64,000 bases of DNA from an uncultured bacterium (GCA_963777505.1 CAVZQN010000001.1:675792-739791), one strand, 5' to 3'; shown: positions 11,190-22,161, counted from the first letter of the stretch. Notes: generated by a model from the sequence alone, not told the origin. Program-made: numbers and translations.

Positions 11190-12441
11190 ATGCCGAATTT
11201 AGCTATTGTTGGAGCTCAATGGGGCGATGAAGGGAAAGGGAAAATTGTAGACCTTGTGTCACTGCATTTTGATTACGTAGCCCGTTACCAAGGCGGCCAC
11301 AATGCAGGTCACACAGTAATGATTCAAGGAAAGAGTTACGTTCTGCAGTTGATTCCCTCAGGCATGTTTCGCGGCGGGAAGCATGGAGTGATTGGAAATG
11401 GAGTCGTCATTGAGCCATCTGCTTTAATGGCAGAAATCCGCCGGATGGAAGAAGCAGGTTTTACGTTTGAAAATCATCTTCATATTTCTGACCGGGCGCA
11501 TGTGATCCTTCCTCATCATCGATGGCGTGAGCAGGAATCCGAAAAACAACTGGCAATTGGCACCACAATGCGAGGTATCGGTCCTGCATACGAAGATAAA
11601 GTCGCACGCCGCGGTTACAGAGTCGCTGATTTGGTCCGCGATGACTTTGAAGAAAAGATGAAGGAATTATATGAAGGAAAACCTCAAGCTGCTGAATTTT
11701 TGCAGCAAGTTCGGACCTATCAAAAGGAATTTTCAAAATACATTTGTCATTGTTCTTCACTTTTGGCAGAGGCGATCCGTGAAGGCAAAAAAATTCTTTT
11801 TGAAGGAGCACAAGGAACAATGCTGGATGTAGATCATGGAACTTATCCGTTTGTTACATCAAGCAGTTGTGCTGCCGGCGGCATCGGAACAGGTCTTGGA
11901 ATCGGTCCAGGAGCTGTCCACAAAGTTCTAGGCATCTCAAAAGCATACGTAACACGCGTTGGTGGAGGTCCTCTAACAACTGAATTGAACAATGAAATTG
12001 GTGAACTGATCCGAACAAGAGGAAACGAATTTGGAGCCGTTACAGGGCGTCCACGAAGATGTGGATGGCTTGATCTGGTCGCATTAAAATACGCAGTTCA
12101 AATCAACGGACTCGATGCGCTTTGTATCACCAAACTGGATATTTTGGATGCGTTGGATGAAATTCAATTGTGTGTTGCCTATCGTGGCCCATCAAATGAA
12201 CAGATTCAGGAATATCCAGCATCTCTTGAGCTCCTTTCACAATGCGTTCCAGAATACAAAACCTTCGAAGGTTGGAAATCAAATACATTTGCAGTTCGAA
12301 AGTTAGATGATATCTCTCCCAAGGCCCGCCGATATTTGGAATTTATCGAAGAATATTTACAAGTCCCGATTGCGCTTGTTGTCGACATCACCGGAAAGGG
12401 ACGACACGGTGTTTTATCCAGCGTTTGATGCCTTGATATAA
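11190..12441 (+). CDS. purA: Adenylosuccinate synthetase (apparent frameshift near 12379)
   Basis: GAQWGDEGKGK, GGHNAGHT, GTYPFVTSS, TGRPRRCGWLD; the expected C-terminus VSTSPERDDT lies in an adjacent frame ending at TAA 12441. Confidence 0.95.
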
Positions 12442-12485
12442 CGCAGAGGAGCAGAGGTGCAGGGGAGCGGAGGAGCAAATACGTT

Positions 12486-12890
12486 GTGAATGAGAAGTGG
12501 TATGGAAATGGATTGAAGTTTGAGTGCACGCAGTGCGGCCATTGCTGTACCGGTGCACCTGGTTACGTATGGGTCAGTTTGCCTGAAATTTATCGAATTG
12601 CCGAATTTTTACAAATGGATGATTACGAATTCAACAAGAAATACGTAAGGAAAGTTCATCAAAAGTTCAGCCTAATCGAAAAGCCAAATGGTGATTGTGT
12701 TTTTTACGATAAAGGTTGCACAATCTATCCAGTGCGTCCAACACAATGTCGTACTTTTCCGTTTTGGCCTGAAATTGTCAAAAGCTCCACTTCCTGGAAA
12801 GTTGCGGCTGCAGAATGTCCCGGGATGAATGAAGGAACGCTCCATTCAGCCGAAGAAATCGATACTGCAGTTGCGCAGAACAAAAGTTAG
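12486..12890 (+). CDS. YkgJ-family CxxCxxCC cysteine-cluster protein
   Basis: CTQCGHCC, CVF, CTIYPVRPTQCRTFPFW. Confidence 0.88.
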   Translation: MNEKWYGNGLKFECTQCGHCCTGAPGYVWVSLPEIYRIAEFLQMDDYEFNKKYVRKVHQKFSLIEKPNGDCVFYDKGCTIYPVRPTQCRTFPFWPEIVKSSTSWKVAAAECPGMNEGTLHSAEEIDTAVAQNKS

Positions 12891-12910
12891 ACTTCGTGAC
12901 CTTCGCGGAC

Positions 12911-13362
12911 TTACTCATAATTTCCAAACAGTCTTAAACGGATCGACCGTACAGACCCCATTCCTGTTAACTTCCGCGTGGCTTCAAAATACCCATCATT
13001 GGAATCGCCAATAATAAACAGTCCGCTTGGGCCAAGCTGTTCATCGACAACGACTGACTTCAAGATGGCGCCTCCTGCATCAAGAAATTGTATTTCAATC
13101 CGTTCGAGCAAAAGCGCAAATGCAATCAAATCCGGCGGCTGATGGCGGAAGACTTCAATCCGCAATTGCGTTTCCTGTTTGTTGGTCGGTTGAATGTGAA
13201 AGCGAACCTGGGCTGCACCATTTCCCAAGTTTGGATCATGAAACAATAATTCAGTGCCTGCGGAAACTCCTAGTTGAAAACTGTATTCTTCAAGGAGCGG
13301 TAATCTGTTTGAGCAAGTACAATCGATGCAAAGAAAGATGAAAATACTAACAGTCGCTTCAT
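12911..13362 (-). CDS. Secreted hypothetical protein, probable frameshift near 13300
   Basis: AGGAGG then ATG at 13362 (MKRLLVFSSFFASIVLAQ); a one-base shift joins it to the open 12911..13246 frame. Confidence 0.5.
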
Positions 13363-13386
13363 AAAATCCTCCTGACCTAAATATAA

Positions 13387-13510
13387 GTTTGTAGTAAGGT
13401 AGCAGTTCGATCGCATTTATGCGATCGACCAGTCCCGTTTATGATTGATCAAACAATTCGAACTTACGGCACTGCCTCGCATTCGCTCGGCTGCGTGCCT
13501 ATCTACAGAC
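13387..13510. repeat. Family A palindromic element, copy 2
   Basis: GTTTGTAGTAAGG...ACGGCACTGCCTCGCATTCGCTCGGCTGCGTGCCTATCTACAGAC. Confidence 0.85.
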
Positions 13511-13532
13511 CGTGTGTTAATATATTTACCTT

Positions 13533-14099
13533 ATGGATAAAGTCACCGCACAGATTGAAGCACGGCATCGGGTAGATTCGCTTCTATTTCATATTTTTGG
13601 AGCTTTACTTTTTGCATTGCTAACAGTTCTGGCTGCTCAGATCCGTATCCCGCTTCCATTTACACCCGTTCCAATGACGCTTCAAACGTTTATCGTCCCA
13701 CTTGCTGGCGGCTTTCTTGGATTGCGATGGGGCATTGCGTCGATGTTGTTGTATTTTGTATTCGGGTTCCTGGATACAAATGCATTTGCTGCCGCAAGTA
13801 GAGGGGCGCCATTTCTGCTGGCTCCAACGGCTGGATACCTTGTAGGTTTTGTTGTGGCTGCTGCCATGATGGGGTGGGCGCGCGATCAAAAATTCAGCAA
13901 CAGCGCATTGTTTGCTGCGTTGGTCGCTGCAAATTTGATGATCTTCTTTTGCGGAATGATTGGCCTCATGATTAATCTTTCAATGACACTTCCAGAAGCA
14001 TGGCTTAAGGGAGTTGTTCCGTTTCTTGCGGGCGGAGCCTTGAAGCTTGCCGCTGCGTATCTGGTACTTGTTTCCTACCGTTCACTACGCAAAGACTAA
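13533..14099 (+). CDS. bioY: Biotin transporter BioY
   Basis: IPLPFTPVPMTLQT, PTAGYLVGF, PFLAG; hydrophobic throughout. Confidence 0.92.
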   Translation: MDKVTAQIEARHRVDSLLFHIFGALLFALLTVLAAQIRIPLPFTPVPMTLQTFIVPLAGGFLGLRWGIASMLLYFVFGFLDTNAFAAASRGAPFLLAPTAGYLVGFVVAAAMMGWARDQKFSNSALFAALVAANLMIFFCGMIGLMINLSMTLPEAWLKGVVPFLAGGALKLAAAYLVLVSYRSLRKD

Positions 14100-14198
14100 G
14101 CTCTTTTCAGACACAAAGACGCAAAGACACAACGTGGCCAAACCACAACCAAAAAAACTTACCACGGAGTCACGGAGAGCACAGAGCTAACTCCGTGT

Positions 14199-14355
14199 GA
14201 TTGGATCGTTGCCGATTTTCTTGAAACGCTGAGAATAGAGTCCCAAAACAAACCTCTTCATATAAAGAGATGAATTTCAAATTCTGTCAGATTTGTTTTG
14301 GGACTCTATTCTCAGCCTCGTTCGCTACGCGAACGAAATCGGCAACGACCCAATC
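14199..14355. repeat. 157-bp nested inverted-repeat (MITE-like) element
   Basis: Outer arms GATTGGATCGTTGCCGATTT/AAATCGGCAACGACCCAATC; inner arms GCTGAGAATAGAGTCCCAAAACAAA/TTTGTTTTGGGACTCTATTCTCAGC. Confidence 0.85.
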
Positions 14356-14488
14356 CTTCGTGACTTCGTGGTTATTTCTTTTCAATTAACAGGAATTTGA
14401 GCTTTAGTACTATAAAGACAAAACGGACACTAATTTTTATTGAATTAATATTTGTGAACTTTGTGCCCTTGTGTCTTCGTGTTGAAAG

Positions 14489-15742
14489 CTACTGTTCTTT
14501 CAGCACAAATAAACCGCGTTCTATATCGCTGATCAAAATATTTCCACTGGGCAGAAATGGAAACACACCCCAGGCGCCATTAAAACTCACTGCTCCATGC
14601 CCCGGATGCATCCGTTGAGGTCCGCTGTCTTCTTTATCGTCTTCAGGATGAGTATCGAAAAAGGCAGTTTCTCGAATTTTAGTAGGATTGGTTACATCCA
14701 TCACAACAAGACCACGAGTGTAATGGGAAAGATAAAGCTTATTTCCTACAACGTAGCCGTTATGTTCAATCGATTTTTTTCTGCCATGAAAGGTTCCAGC
14801 AACCTTCAGGTTTCTAAAATCTTGAATGTTGATTGTAAGAATCCGTGTGTTCCCTCCAGAATCGACTTCGTCGAATTCATCAAAATTGAACAGCCAGTTT
14901 TTGTTGGACGAAATCCAGCTTGAGTGGGCATACCCTATTCGCGGATATGCAAACCGGTCCAGAACAACTGGATTACTCTTGTCTGTAAAATCGATTGTCC
15001 GCAAATCGCCCCCTGTTGATGCAAAAACAATTTCACAAGGATCATGGCCAGTTGCACATTGTCTCGCGCGAACGCCTGTAAATGTTTCGGCATAAATGTC
15101 ATGGACATACGTTTCGTTATATCTTCCAATAATTTTCGGATTCTTCGGGTTCTTTAAACTGTAAGCTAAAAGTCCTGCTTGATTGCTTCCTTGAACATAA
15201 AGGATCGGGGTTAGCCCTTCGATTCGTTTTCCACTGACAAAATCCACATTCGCGATAAACAACGTATGAGAAGTGGAAATTTCACGATCGGTAAATGCAA
15301 GTGATACTCGCCGCGGAAGCTCGGAAAGATCAATAACCTGCAGACCGCCATTAAATGCCTCTGTAGAAACGTATACATAGCCGTCCCACTTCTTCGTTTT
15401 GTCATTAAAAACGGAATAGACTTTTAATTCGCGCCAGTCAGAATCTTTTGCAGGAACAATCCCTACAACTCGCGGCTTAATTGGATTTGTAACATCAACA
15501 ACACCTGTACCGTTCGAAAGACCAATGATTGCATATTCATGTCCATCATCGGGATCGACATAACCCCAAAGATTACTCGCAGCTCTTGGAAGGGAACGAA
15601 ATCCATCCAGGGTGACATTGGCCTGCTGCGTTACGCTTCTACAAGCATAGACACCACTTTTGCCGCTGGCGCACGGAAGTGCACCGGCATTGAGATCATG
15701 AATCCACAACCCGAAAATTATAAGGAGTAAAATGATTCTCAT
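14489..15742 (-). CDS. Secreted choice-of-anchor B-like (LVIVD-repeat) protein
   Basis: Signal peptide MRIILLL; NLWGY, WRELKVY, YVHD, YAHSSW, GAWGVFPFLPSGNILISDIERGLF. Confidence 0.8.
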   Translation of the reverse strand: MRIILLLIIFGLWIHDLNAGALPCASGKSGVYACRSVTQQANVTLDGFRSLPRAASNLWGYVDPDDGHEYAIIGLSNGTGVVDVTNPIKPRVVGIVPAKDSDWRELKVYSVFNDKTKKWDGYVYVSTEAFNGGLQVIDLSELPRRVSLAFTDREISTSHTLFIANVDFVSGKRIEGLTPILYVQGSNQAGLLAYSLKNPKNPKIIGRYNETYVHDIYAETFTGVRARQCATGHDPCEIVFASTGGDLRTIDFTDKSNPVVLDRFAYPRIGYAHSSWISSNKNWLFNFDEFDEVDSGGNTRILTINIQDFRNLKVAGTFHGRKKSIEHNGYVVGNKLYLSHYTRGLVVMDVTNPTKIRETAFFDTHPEDDKEDSGPQRMHPGHGAVSFNGAWGVFPFLPSGNILISDIERGLFVLKEQ

Positions 15743-15786
15743 ATCGAACTCCGCCTTACCAATATGTGACCTTTTGTAGACTTTCA

Positions 15787-18717
15787 TTACATCTTATCAG
15801 GATCCAGCTTCAAAAAGTTTTCCATGACCCATATTTCGCTGCTATCCGTTACAGTCCAGATTGCAATCCGCTTCCCATCTGGATGGATCCTCATGTCATA
15901 AATATATTCACTGGATATTCCAAGGTCTTTAGGATTGCCACCGTTTTTTGAAATACTCCAAAGCCGGTGCGGACTATCAATCAAATCCCTGCGGCCTGTT
16001 GAAAATATTAAAGATTCACCATCAGGCCTCCAGGCTAAAGCCGAAATCCACTCCGGCATTTTTAGTGTGTAGATAGACTGGGTGTCTTTACCGTTTGCAG
16101 GAACAATTCGTATCGAGCTGATTCCTTTATTGATATCAGTACTCATCACTGCTAACCAGCGGCTGTCGTATGAAAGGTCGAAATCGGCCGCATCATCATA
16201 AATTTTCTTTTCTTTTCCCGTTGAAATTTCTTTTTCAATAATTGATCCATCTTTATTCATGAGATAGAAAATGGAATTGCCATCTGAAGATGCATGATAT
16301 TGGCGTACCGAATTTGTTGGACGATCTGCTATAACTCGAGATGATTTACCTGTATTGACGTTAATCGTATAAAGGCCGGGACCTTCATTTTCACTGCTAC
16401 CTCGAAATAGAACGGATTGCCCATCTGGAGAGAATCTGGTTCGTCCTCCTGCTGAAAGAACTTCCGGAAGAACCTGTCGAACTTCACGTGACTGCAACGA
16501 CACAATTTTCAAAGCAACCTGCTGCTGCTGAAACGAAGTCCAACGCGATGACAATGGATGGGACAATGATTGAAAGATCAGGAAATTTCCATCTCTTGAG
16601 AAGTCTGGAGCTCTGCTGAATCCAACATCACCTTCGGCAATTCTGGTAGGTGCTGAACCGTTGTCTAATGTCGCAGTAAACACATCCATTCCGGACATTA
16701 GATGCGCATAGTAAAGTGATCCATCTTTCGTAATTTTCATCGGTAAAATCTGACCAATATCTTTTCGAATTAATTCCGGAGTTTCCGCCGCTTTACCATT
16801 CATAATGCGCAAACTCCATGCATCATTTGTAGCTGAACGATCGCTTGCAAAGAGAATCCTGTTTCCATCCGGTGCCCATCCGAGCAAATAATCATTCGCG
16901 GGATGCGTAGTGATCCGTGTTTCGGAGCCATCCCTTAGTGAAACTAAAAACAGATCGTGATTCGGAGAACTCTTGTCTTGATGTAAGTCGTAAGCAAGAT
17001 AACGGCTATCAGGCGAAAAACTGATTTTCCGAATTCCCGTTGAATGAACTTCCTTCAGGCTTCTCAGTGATCCATCTTTAACCGATACTACACCGATGAC
17101 AGCAGTTCCATCCTTGCGTAAAAGGTGAGCAGCGATCTGTTGGCCATCTGAAGACCAATCCCGTGGAGTAATCCAAAATTCCTTGGAACGAAATAAAGTG
17201 CGTATTGTCCCTCCGGATGTGCTGACACTTCGCAATTCGGAACCAATACCAGATGATGGCCCGATGGAGTATGCGACTTGTTTTGAATCCGGAGAGAGAA
17301 GAGTAATCACGGGATGAGGAATAAAATCAAAAGGATGAAACCAGACGTTCGATTTCGTTAGCAAACGTTTTTTCTTCGTAACAAGATCGATGGCCATTAC
17401 GTTGGCTTTTTCCCAATCAATGTCGATCAAAACTTTGCCATCCGTTGATACGGCACCTGGAGGAGTCCCCGTTGCTCCGGTCCAGATTCTTTTTGCGATC
17501 ACTTCCGAACTTGATTTATTTGGTGATTGTCTTGTTTGCCAAAAATATGCAATTAGAAAAATGCCGATAAGAAGAACAGAAAGACCAAGAATCATGCGGC
17601 TGCGATGACGTGAGGGGATTAGCGGCATCGTTGTGACTAAAGATTTTTTTGTGATCGCATCCATCACTTCGGTTGCGTTTTGAAATCGATGCTTTGGATT
17701 TCTTTCTAAACAGCGAAGGATGATCCGTTCCCACTTCCTGCTCAGATCAGGAGCGATTAACTTTGGCGAAGGAGCATCTTCACTGATTCTTTTAGCGGCA
17801 ACTGTCAGAGGTGATTCTCCCTCCAGTGGGAGACGTCCGGTCATCATTTCGTACAGGACAAGCCCAAGCGCATAAACGTCGGTTGCAGGTGTTATCTGTT
17901 CCTTTTTCAATTGCTCGGGGGCCATGTATTGAGGTGTCCCTAAAACCTGACCTGTCTGCGTGACATCGAGCGATCCGCTTGCTGCAAGTCCGATTGCAAG
18001 ACCGAAATCGGTGAGCACCGCACGGATGCCGTTTCCATTTGGGACTAAAAGGATATTGCTCGTCTTTAAGTCCCGGTGAACAATACCAAGGCGATGCATT
18101 TCTGCAAGGGCTTCCAGAATTTGTAATACTATATTTGTAGTACTATTTTCTGTATCTGGGCCTTTCTGTTTGATTTTCTGGTGCAGGGTTTCGCCCGGCA
18201 AGAGTTCCATCGTCAGAAAAAGCTGATCGTCGTGCTGGAACAAATCAAAAATCCGGCATGCATTCGGATGTGTGACTTTACGAGCCAGATTTATTTCGCG
18301 GTGAAATCGCTCCCGAGCCGCTGAGTCGGCGATTAGATCCGATCGCATCGTCTTCAATGCTACGGTGGATTCAAGTTCTTGATCGTATGCCTCATAAACG
18401 GTTCCCATCCCGCCTCTTCCAAGTTCGCGGATGATTCGGAAACGTCCCGCCAGTAACGTGTCGGGTTCGAATTCAAGACCTGAGGAGGTATCAATTGCTT
18501 TCAGCAAGCCAAGTTCTTGATTGACCATTCCTTCAAACGCATGACCATTATTCATTGCAGCAGACAAAAGTTCTTCGACTTCGCTTCGTAATTCTTTATC
18601 AACTGATTCGAGAAAGTTTTCGCGTTCGGCAGGATTCAATTCAGACGCTTGATGAAAAATGCTCCACAGTTTTTCCCAAGCTTGTGGCGATTTTAGACTT
18701 CCCCCTGTGGAATCCAT
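15787..18717 (-). CDS. Membrane Ser/Thr protein kinase with PD40 (TolB-like) repeats
   Basis: GRGGMGTVY, VALK, HRDLKTSN, DFG, GTPQYMAPE; one TM helix; repeated SPDG/WSSDG motifs. Confidence 0.95.
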   Translation of the reverse strand: MDSTGGSLKSPQAWEKLWSIFHQASELNPAERENFLESVDKELRSEVEELLSAAMNNGHAFEGMVNQELGLLKAIDTSSGLEFEPDTLLAGRFRIIRELGRGGMGTVYEAYDQELESTVALKTMRSDLIADSAARERFHREINLARKVTHPNACRIFDLFQHDDQLFLTMELLPGETLHQKIKQKGPDTENSTTNIVLQILEALAEMHRLGIVHRDLKTSNILLVPNGNGIRAVLTDFGLAIGLAASGSLDVTQTGQVLGTPQYMAPEQLKKEQITPATDVYALGLVLYEMMTGRLPLEGESPLTVAAKRISEDAPSPKLIAPDLSRKWERIILRCLERNPKHRFQNATEVMDAITKKSLVTTMPLIPSRHRSRMILGLSVLLIGIFLIAYFWQTRQSPNKSSSEVIAKRIWTGATGTPPGAVSTDGKVLIDIDWEKANVMAIDLVTKKKRLLTKSNVWFHPFDFIPHPVITLLSPDSKQVAYSIGPSSGIGSELRSVSTSGGTIRTLFRSKEFWITPRDWSSDGQQIAAHLLRKDGTAVIGVVSVKDGSLRSLKEVHSTGIRKISFSPDSRYLAYDLHQDKSSPNHDLFLVSLRDGSETRITTHPANDYLLGWAPDGNRILFASDRSATNDAWSLRIMNGKAAETPELIRKDIGQILPMKITKDGSLYYAHLMSGMDVFTATLDNGSAPTRIAEGDVGFSRAPDFSRDGNFLIFQSLSHPLSSRWTSFQQQQVALKIVSLQSREVRQVLPEVLSAGGRTRFSPDGQSVLFRGSSENEGPGLYTINVNTGKSSRVIADRPTNSVRQYHASSDGNSIFYLMNKDGSIIEKEISTGKEKKIYDDAADFDLSYDSRWLAVMSTDINKGISSIRIVPANGKDTQSIYTLKMPEWISALAWRPDGESLIFSTGRRDLIDSPHRLWSISKNGGNPKDLGISSEYIYDMRIHPDGKRIAIWTVTDSSEIWVMENFLKLDPDKM

Positions 18718-18756
18718 CTTCTAGATCATAGAACAAAGTAGGTAGTAGGGGCGACT

Positions 18757-19876
18757 TCATTCCGAACGTGGACTGGTCAGCCCGCTTTGCGGCAAGCCGC
18801 GGCGTGTGACAAGATACACTGCGAAGCTGCCAAGCCAGTGCCCCCCTTCGTAATGTTCACCCGTTACAGCCTTCAGGCCTGATTTACGATGAATCGCAGC
18901 CGCGGATTTCAAACTCGCAACGCGCAGTATCTTCCGGGGGAAGGCCTGACGCAATTCCTTCCAACATCCAGGCGCGACTGAGATTGAGACCATCCAGATG
19001 TGCAAGTTTTCCATCTGTGGGATCGGTCACAACTCCCGGAACAAGCCAGCCGCCACTGCCATCCATCGGAATGGCCGGAAGGAAAGCCTTCAGCCACGCG
19101 GCAAATTCAACCGGTGAGAGAATTCTGCGCAGAAGATCAGCTTCTGCAATGCAAGGAGAAAGAAAATCCTGCCCCGAAGGTTCATAGGAAATCGGACAGT
19201 TGCGATCGTTTTTATAGAGTGCAATGATTCGTGAAATCAGCAGCTCCTTCATTTCAGAATCGGCAGCAATTCGCGACCAATCAAGAATGAGCCCGAAAGC
19301 GAATGCTGTTTGCGGATGTTCCCCCTCACGAATAGGGTACGAAAGTTTCGGAAGCCAGTTTTTCAATCGCAGTGCCGCTGCTGATTCCAAAGGTTTCAGA
19401 GTCTCGGACCATTGTCGCGCTTGAGGATCATTCCATTCCCGCAATTCAGCAGCAAGTTGAAGCAACCACGCGAGCCCGTAAGGACGCTCGAAAGTTTCTC
19501 TGCCTTTTCTCTGAAGGTATTCGACCTCCACCGCAATATTTTCCGGCGTCAAACTCTTTGCCAGTTCCGCGCGACTTCGCTCGGTGAAATTTCCATCCGG
19601 AAACATTCGCATTAGCCGGACGAGCAGCCAGTGACCATGCACCGCCGAGTGCCAATCGTAACAACCGTAGAATGCAGGGGTCAATTCGCGCGGCGGTTTG
19701 GCATCCGCATCGCTGTCGAGTGTGTGCGCAATTTTGTTTGGATACTCTTTGTGAATGCAGGTCAGCGCAAGTCCCGCAAACCGCTCCGCCGCTGCCTGAT
19801 CAAATTCCGACACCGCATCTTCAGCAAACAACTTGCTGGCCAACAAAATGATCAATGCACACAGATGCTTTTTCAT
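18757..19876 (-). CDS. DUF2891-like secreted protein (apparent frameshift near 18930)
   Basis: EYPNK, FYGCYDWHSAVHGHW, FERPYGLAW, HLDGLNLSRAW; the conserved end YEGGHWLGSFA lies in the 18757..19014 frame. Confidence 0.85.
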
Positions 19877-19984
19877 TTCTGGATTTTATCATCTCATTGA
19901 CTGCGCCACGATTTATAACACGCCTCATCATCATGCCAGGCAACGCCAAAAAAAATTCACCAAGTCCAAAATGAGAGCGCGCGG

Positions 19985-20176
19985 TCAGTTGCGACGTGCC
20001 GTCCGGCGCGCGACGCCTGCCACACTAACAGGCGAGCGTGGACGCCCCACTTCGGCATTGACGACTGAAACAAGACCGTCGTTGCCGCGAACCGAGAGCA
20101 GTTCTGCCAACTCAAGACCACCTACCACGATGAGGGCAAGCAGCAATAGGACCTGAATTTTCTTTGATATTCTCAT
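19985..20176 (-). CDS. Small exported protein coupled to the DUF2092-like gene
   Basis: Hydrophobic N-terminus and GRPRSPVSVAGVARRTARR tail; ATGA overlap with the upstream gene. Confidence 0.65.
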   Translation of the reverse strand: MRISKKIQVLLLLALIVVGGLELAELLSVRGNDGLVSVVNAEVGRPRSPVSVAGVARRTARRN

Positions 20177-21000
20177 TTCTCACCTTCCATGATGAAGTTG
20201 CTCGGAAGCTCACCAGCGTCCTTTATCTTCTTCAGTTCGTCATGAGTGATCTTCCGGGCATTAGCAGGCGCCGTAAAGCGGAAATCCGTTGACGGGACGT
20301 CATCGCCGGTCTTCCAGTTCCGGATTTGAATACTATACTGCGGGCTGCTGGCCACGGCCTTGGTCGTAACAACGTACCGGCACGGATACGGACGATCTCC
20401 CTGCGCGATCCAGATCTGCCAGTCCACTTCGCGGCTTCGAAATGCGAGGTAATCGCACTCGGTGCCACCGATTACGCCACTGCCCAGATCCTTGACGTCG
20501 ACAACGTCCGCCATCAGTTCGTCATAGGCTTTCGTAACAAACAAGTCGGCCGCCGGCAAAGGACGGTCGTACTTGTTCTGCAGCTCATCGATCATGTGAT
20601 CAATCGAACCGGGCGTTTCGACCTGCGCGAAAACGTTCCTGTTCCGGCCGAGCACGGTTAGCATCTTTCCATCGAAGACCATCTCGATATCAACGAACCC
20701 GCCGGACCGCGTAAAGCGGGCCTTGTCTGGGCGCGCCATCGCCACCGTCCCAGAGGCCGCCAGCGCAAGTTTCTGCTGGTCCTTCGTAACAACCTCCAGG
20801 ATCGAGTCGTATTCGAATGAAATCGTCTTCTGCCCCGCGACGTAGTCCGCCATTGCCTTCAACAGACTTTTCGCCTGGGCTTCGTCCGCGTACAAACACG
20901 GTGACATCGCCATCCACGTCAACAGCGCAAGCGCCGATGCCACCGCGAACGTGATCTTCGGTTGACTCTTCATTTCAACCTTTCGAGACATTTTTTTCAT
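20173..21000 (-). CDS. DUF2092-like periplasmic protein (LolA-like fold)
   Basis: AGGAGA before ATG at 21000; LPAADL, VDWQIWIAQGDRPYPCRYVVT motifs. Confidence 0.85.
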   Translation of the reverse strand: MKKMSRKVEMKSQPKITFAVASALALLTWMAMSPCLYADEAQAKSLLKAMADYVAGQKTISFEYDSILEVVTKDQQKLALAASGTVAMARPDKARFTRSGGFVDIEMVFDGKMLTVLGRNRNVFAQVETPGSIDHMIDELQNKYDRPLPAADLFVTKAYDELMADVVDVKDLGSGVIGGTECDYLAFRSREVDWQIWIAQGDRPYPCRYVVTTKAVASSPQYSIQIRNWKTGDDVPSTDFRFTAPANARKITHDELKKIKDAGELPSNFIMEGEK

Positions 21001-21147
21001 AACCAGTCTCCTTATACTTTGCATTCGTTGGTCCCTTTCACGATTGTATTTTACTAGAAAGTGGTCGACGTTCCATAAGCAGCAATGGAAGAATTAGTAA
21101 CGTCTGTATCTAAAATCATTTTTGCTGTGCCAAATTTTCACATGATT

Positions 21148-21459
21148 TTATTTCATTCCATTAATTAGCCCGTATATTGATGGGATAATCTTGCCAGCGG
21201 CCAGATCCTGAGGTTCAAGGCAGATTTCGTGGAAGAACTCATCAAAGGAAATCCAGAAACTACACTGCTCAATCTGAACGATTAGAAGCCTTGTGTCAGG
21301 ACCATCGATTGCTCGTATTATTTGTGCTCCCAGTCTAGCCGCCCAAGCTTGGGAACAGTCAGAAAAATCCTCGTAGGAACATTTGCCGATAGCGATGGAG
21401 TGTTGACCTGATGCCATCGATTCAAGGCGTGGATAACCCGGTTGGATTATTTTTGACAT
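21148..21459 (-). CDS. Cassette-borne hypothetical protein (DUF3630-like)
   Basis: Starts just downstream of the attC core GTTCGGC; IDGPDTRL..FWISFD motif. Confidence 0.65.
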   Translation of the reverse strand: MSKIIQPGYPRLESMASGQHSIAIGKCSYEDFSDCSQAWAARLGAQIIRAIDGPDTRLLIVQIEQCSFWISFDEFFHEICLEPQDLAAGKIIPSIYGLINGMK

Positions 21460-21472
21460 TTTTCTTCAGGCC

Positions 21473-21652
21473 GCCGAACGCCGGAATTCAGCGGCAACGC
21501 CGAAGCGAGAGCTAGCAGCTTGCTTGCTTTTTCCCAGCGTCCACCATTCTAACGCATTAGAGCTTTTTCTTCCACACGTGATACTTTGCCGATCCCAAGC
21601 GGCATGCGCGAGCAGGGCCGCCAGGTGTTGTCGCTGGAGAGACTTGTTTGGC
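21473..21652 (-). other. Integron attC site, long type (180 bp)
   Basis: Minus strand GCCAAAC-aagtctctccAGCGACAAC...GTTGCCGCTgaattccggc-GTTCGGC, just downstream of a stop codon. Confidence 0.75.
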
Positions 21653-21659
21653 TGGCCTG

Positions 21660-21980
21660 TTATCGAAGGCGAAACAATTTTCTTTTACCCTGATCATCAA
21701 ATTTTTCAATAACAACATTTTCTGCAGATTCTATGCAAACGGTTTGCATACGACCAGGTTTCTCGACCTCAAATGGACACACTGTAAAGTCTGCATAAAT
21801 ATGGGTTCTAAAGTTTAGATATTTGTAGAGACGATTGGGAACTATTGGATCTTCACCATATGCAGCGCCAAGAATTCTTTTCGTAGGGACAGGCCAAATT
21901 CGAAAAGTGGGCGTGCCGTTGTAAGGAGACATCCTGCCATGGACTTGAAAGCAGGAAGAGACAACTTCTCTGTTGTTGAT
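21660..21980 (-). pseudogene. 5'-truncated cassette gene (hypothetical protein)
   Basis: Coding-like CFQVHGRMSPYNGTPTFRIWP; the ORF-track N-terminus lies inside attC-homologous sequence. Confidence 0.55.
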
Positions 21981-22157
21981 GCGGGACTCAGCGGCACCGC
22001 CGAATCCGATGCAAGAGCATGCCCTTACTTTTGTTGCCCGGTACAAAACTATTCTAACGGATTAGAGTTTTCCCTGCCACAAAGTAATTTAACTGAATGC
22101 AAGCCGCATGCGCGAGCAGAGGCGCCGGTGTTACCCGCTGCAGCGATTTTGTTCGGC
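21981..22157 (-). other. Integron attC site, long type, right core missing
   Basis: Starts GCCGAAC-aaaatcgctgcAGCGG; collinear with 21473-21652 (CTCTAAT.CGTTAGAAT, TTCGGCG.TGCCGCTGA) but lacks a terminal GTTRRRY. Confidence 0.65.
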
Positions 22158-22161
22158 CGCG

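Noticed and set aside
18726-18736. TCATAGAACAA matching the IS right junction (24050-24060, inverted)
   Set aside because: An 11-bp match found post hoc; it also reads as a TATGAT -10 box for the kinase, and there is no other IS sequence nearby
18757-21000. DUF2891, small protein and DUF2092 genes as integron cassettes
   Set aside because: No RYYYAAC...GTTRRRY attC structures found between them; treated as island cargo only
21120-21135. Sigma-54 promoter (TGGCAC on the minus strand)
   Set aside because: No TTGC at the -12 position
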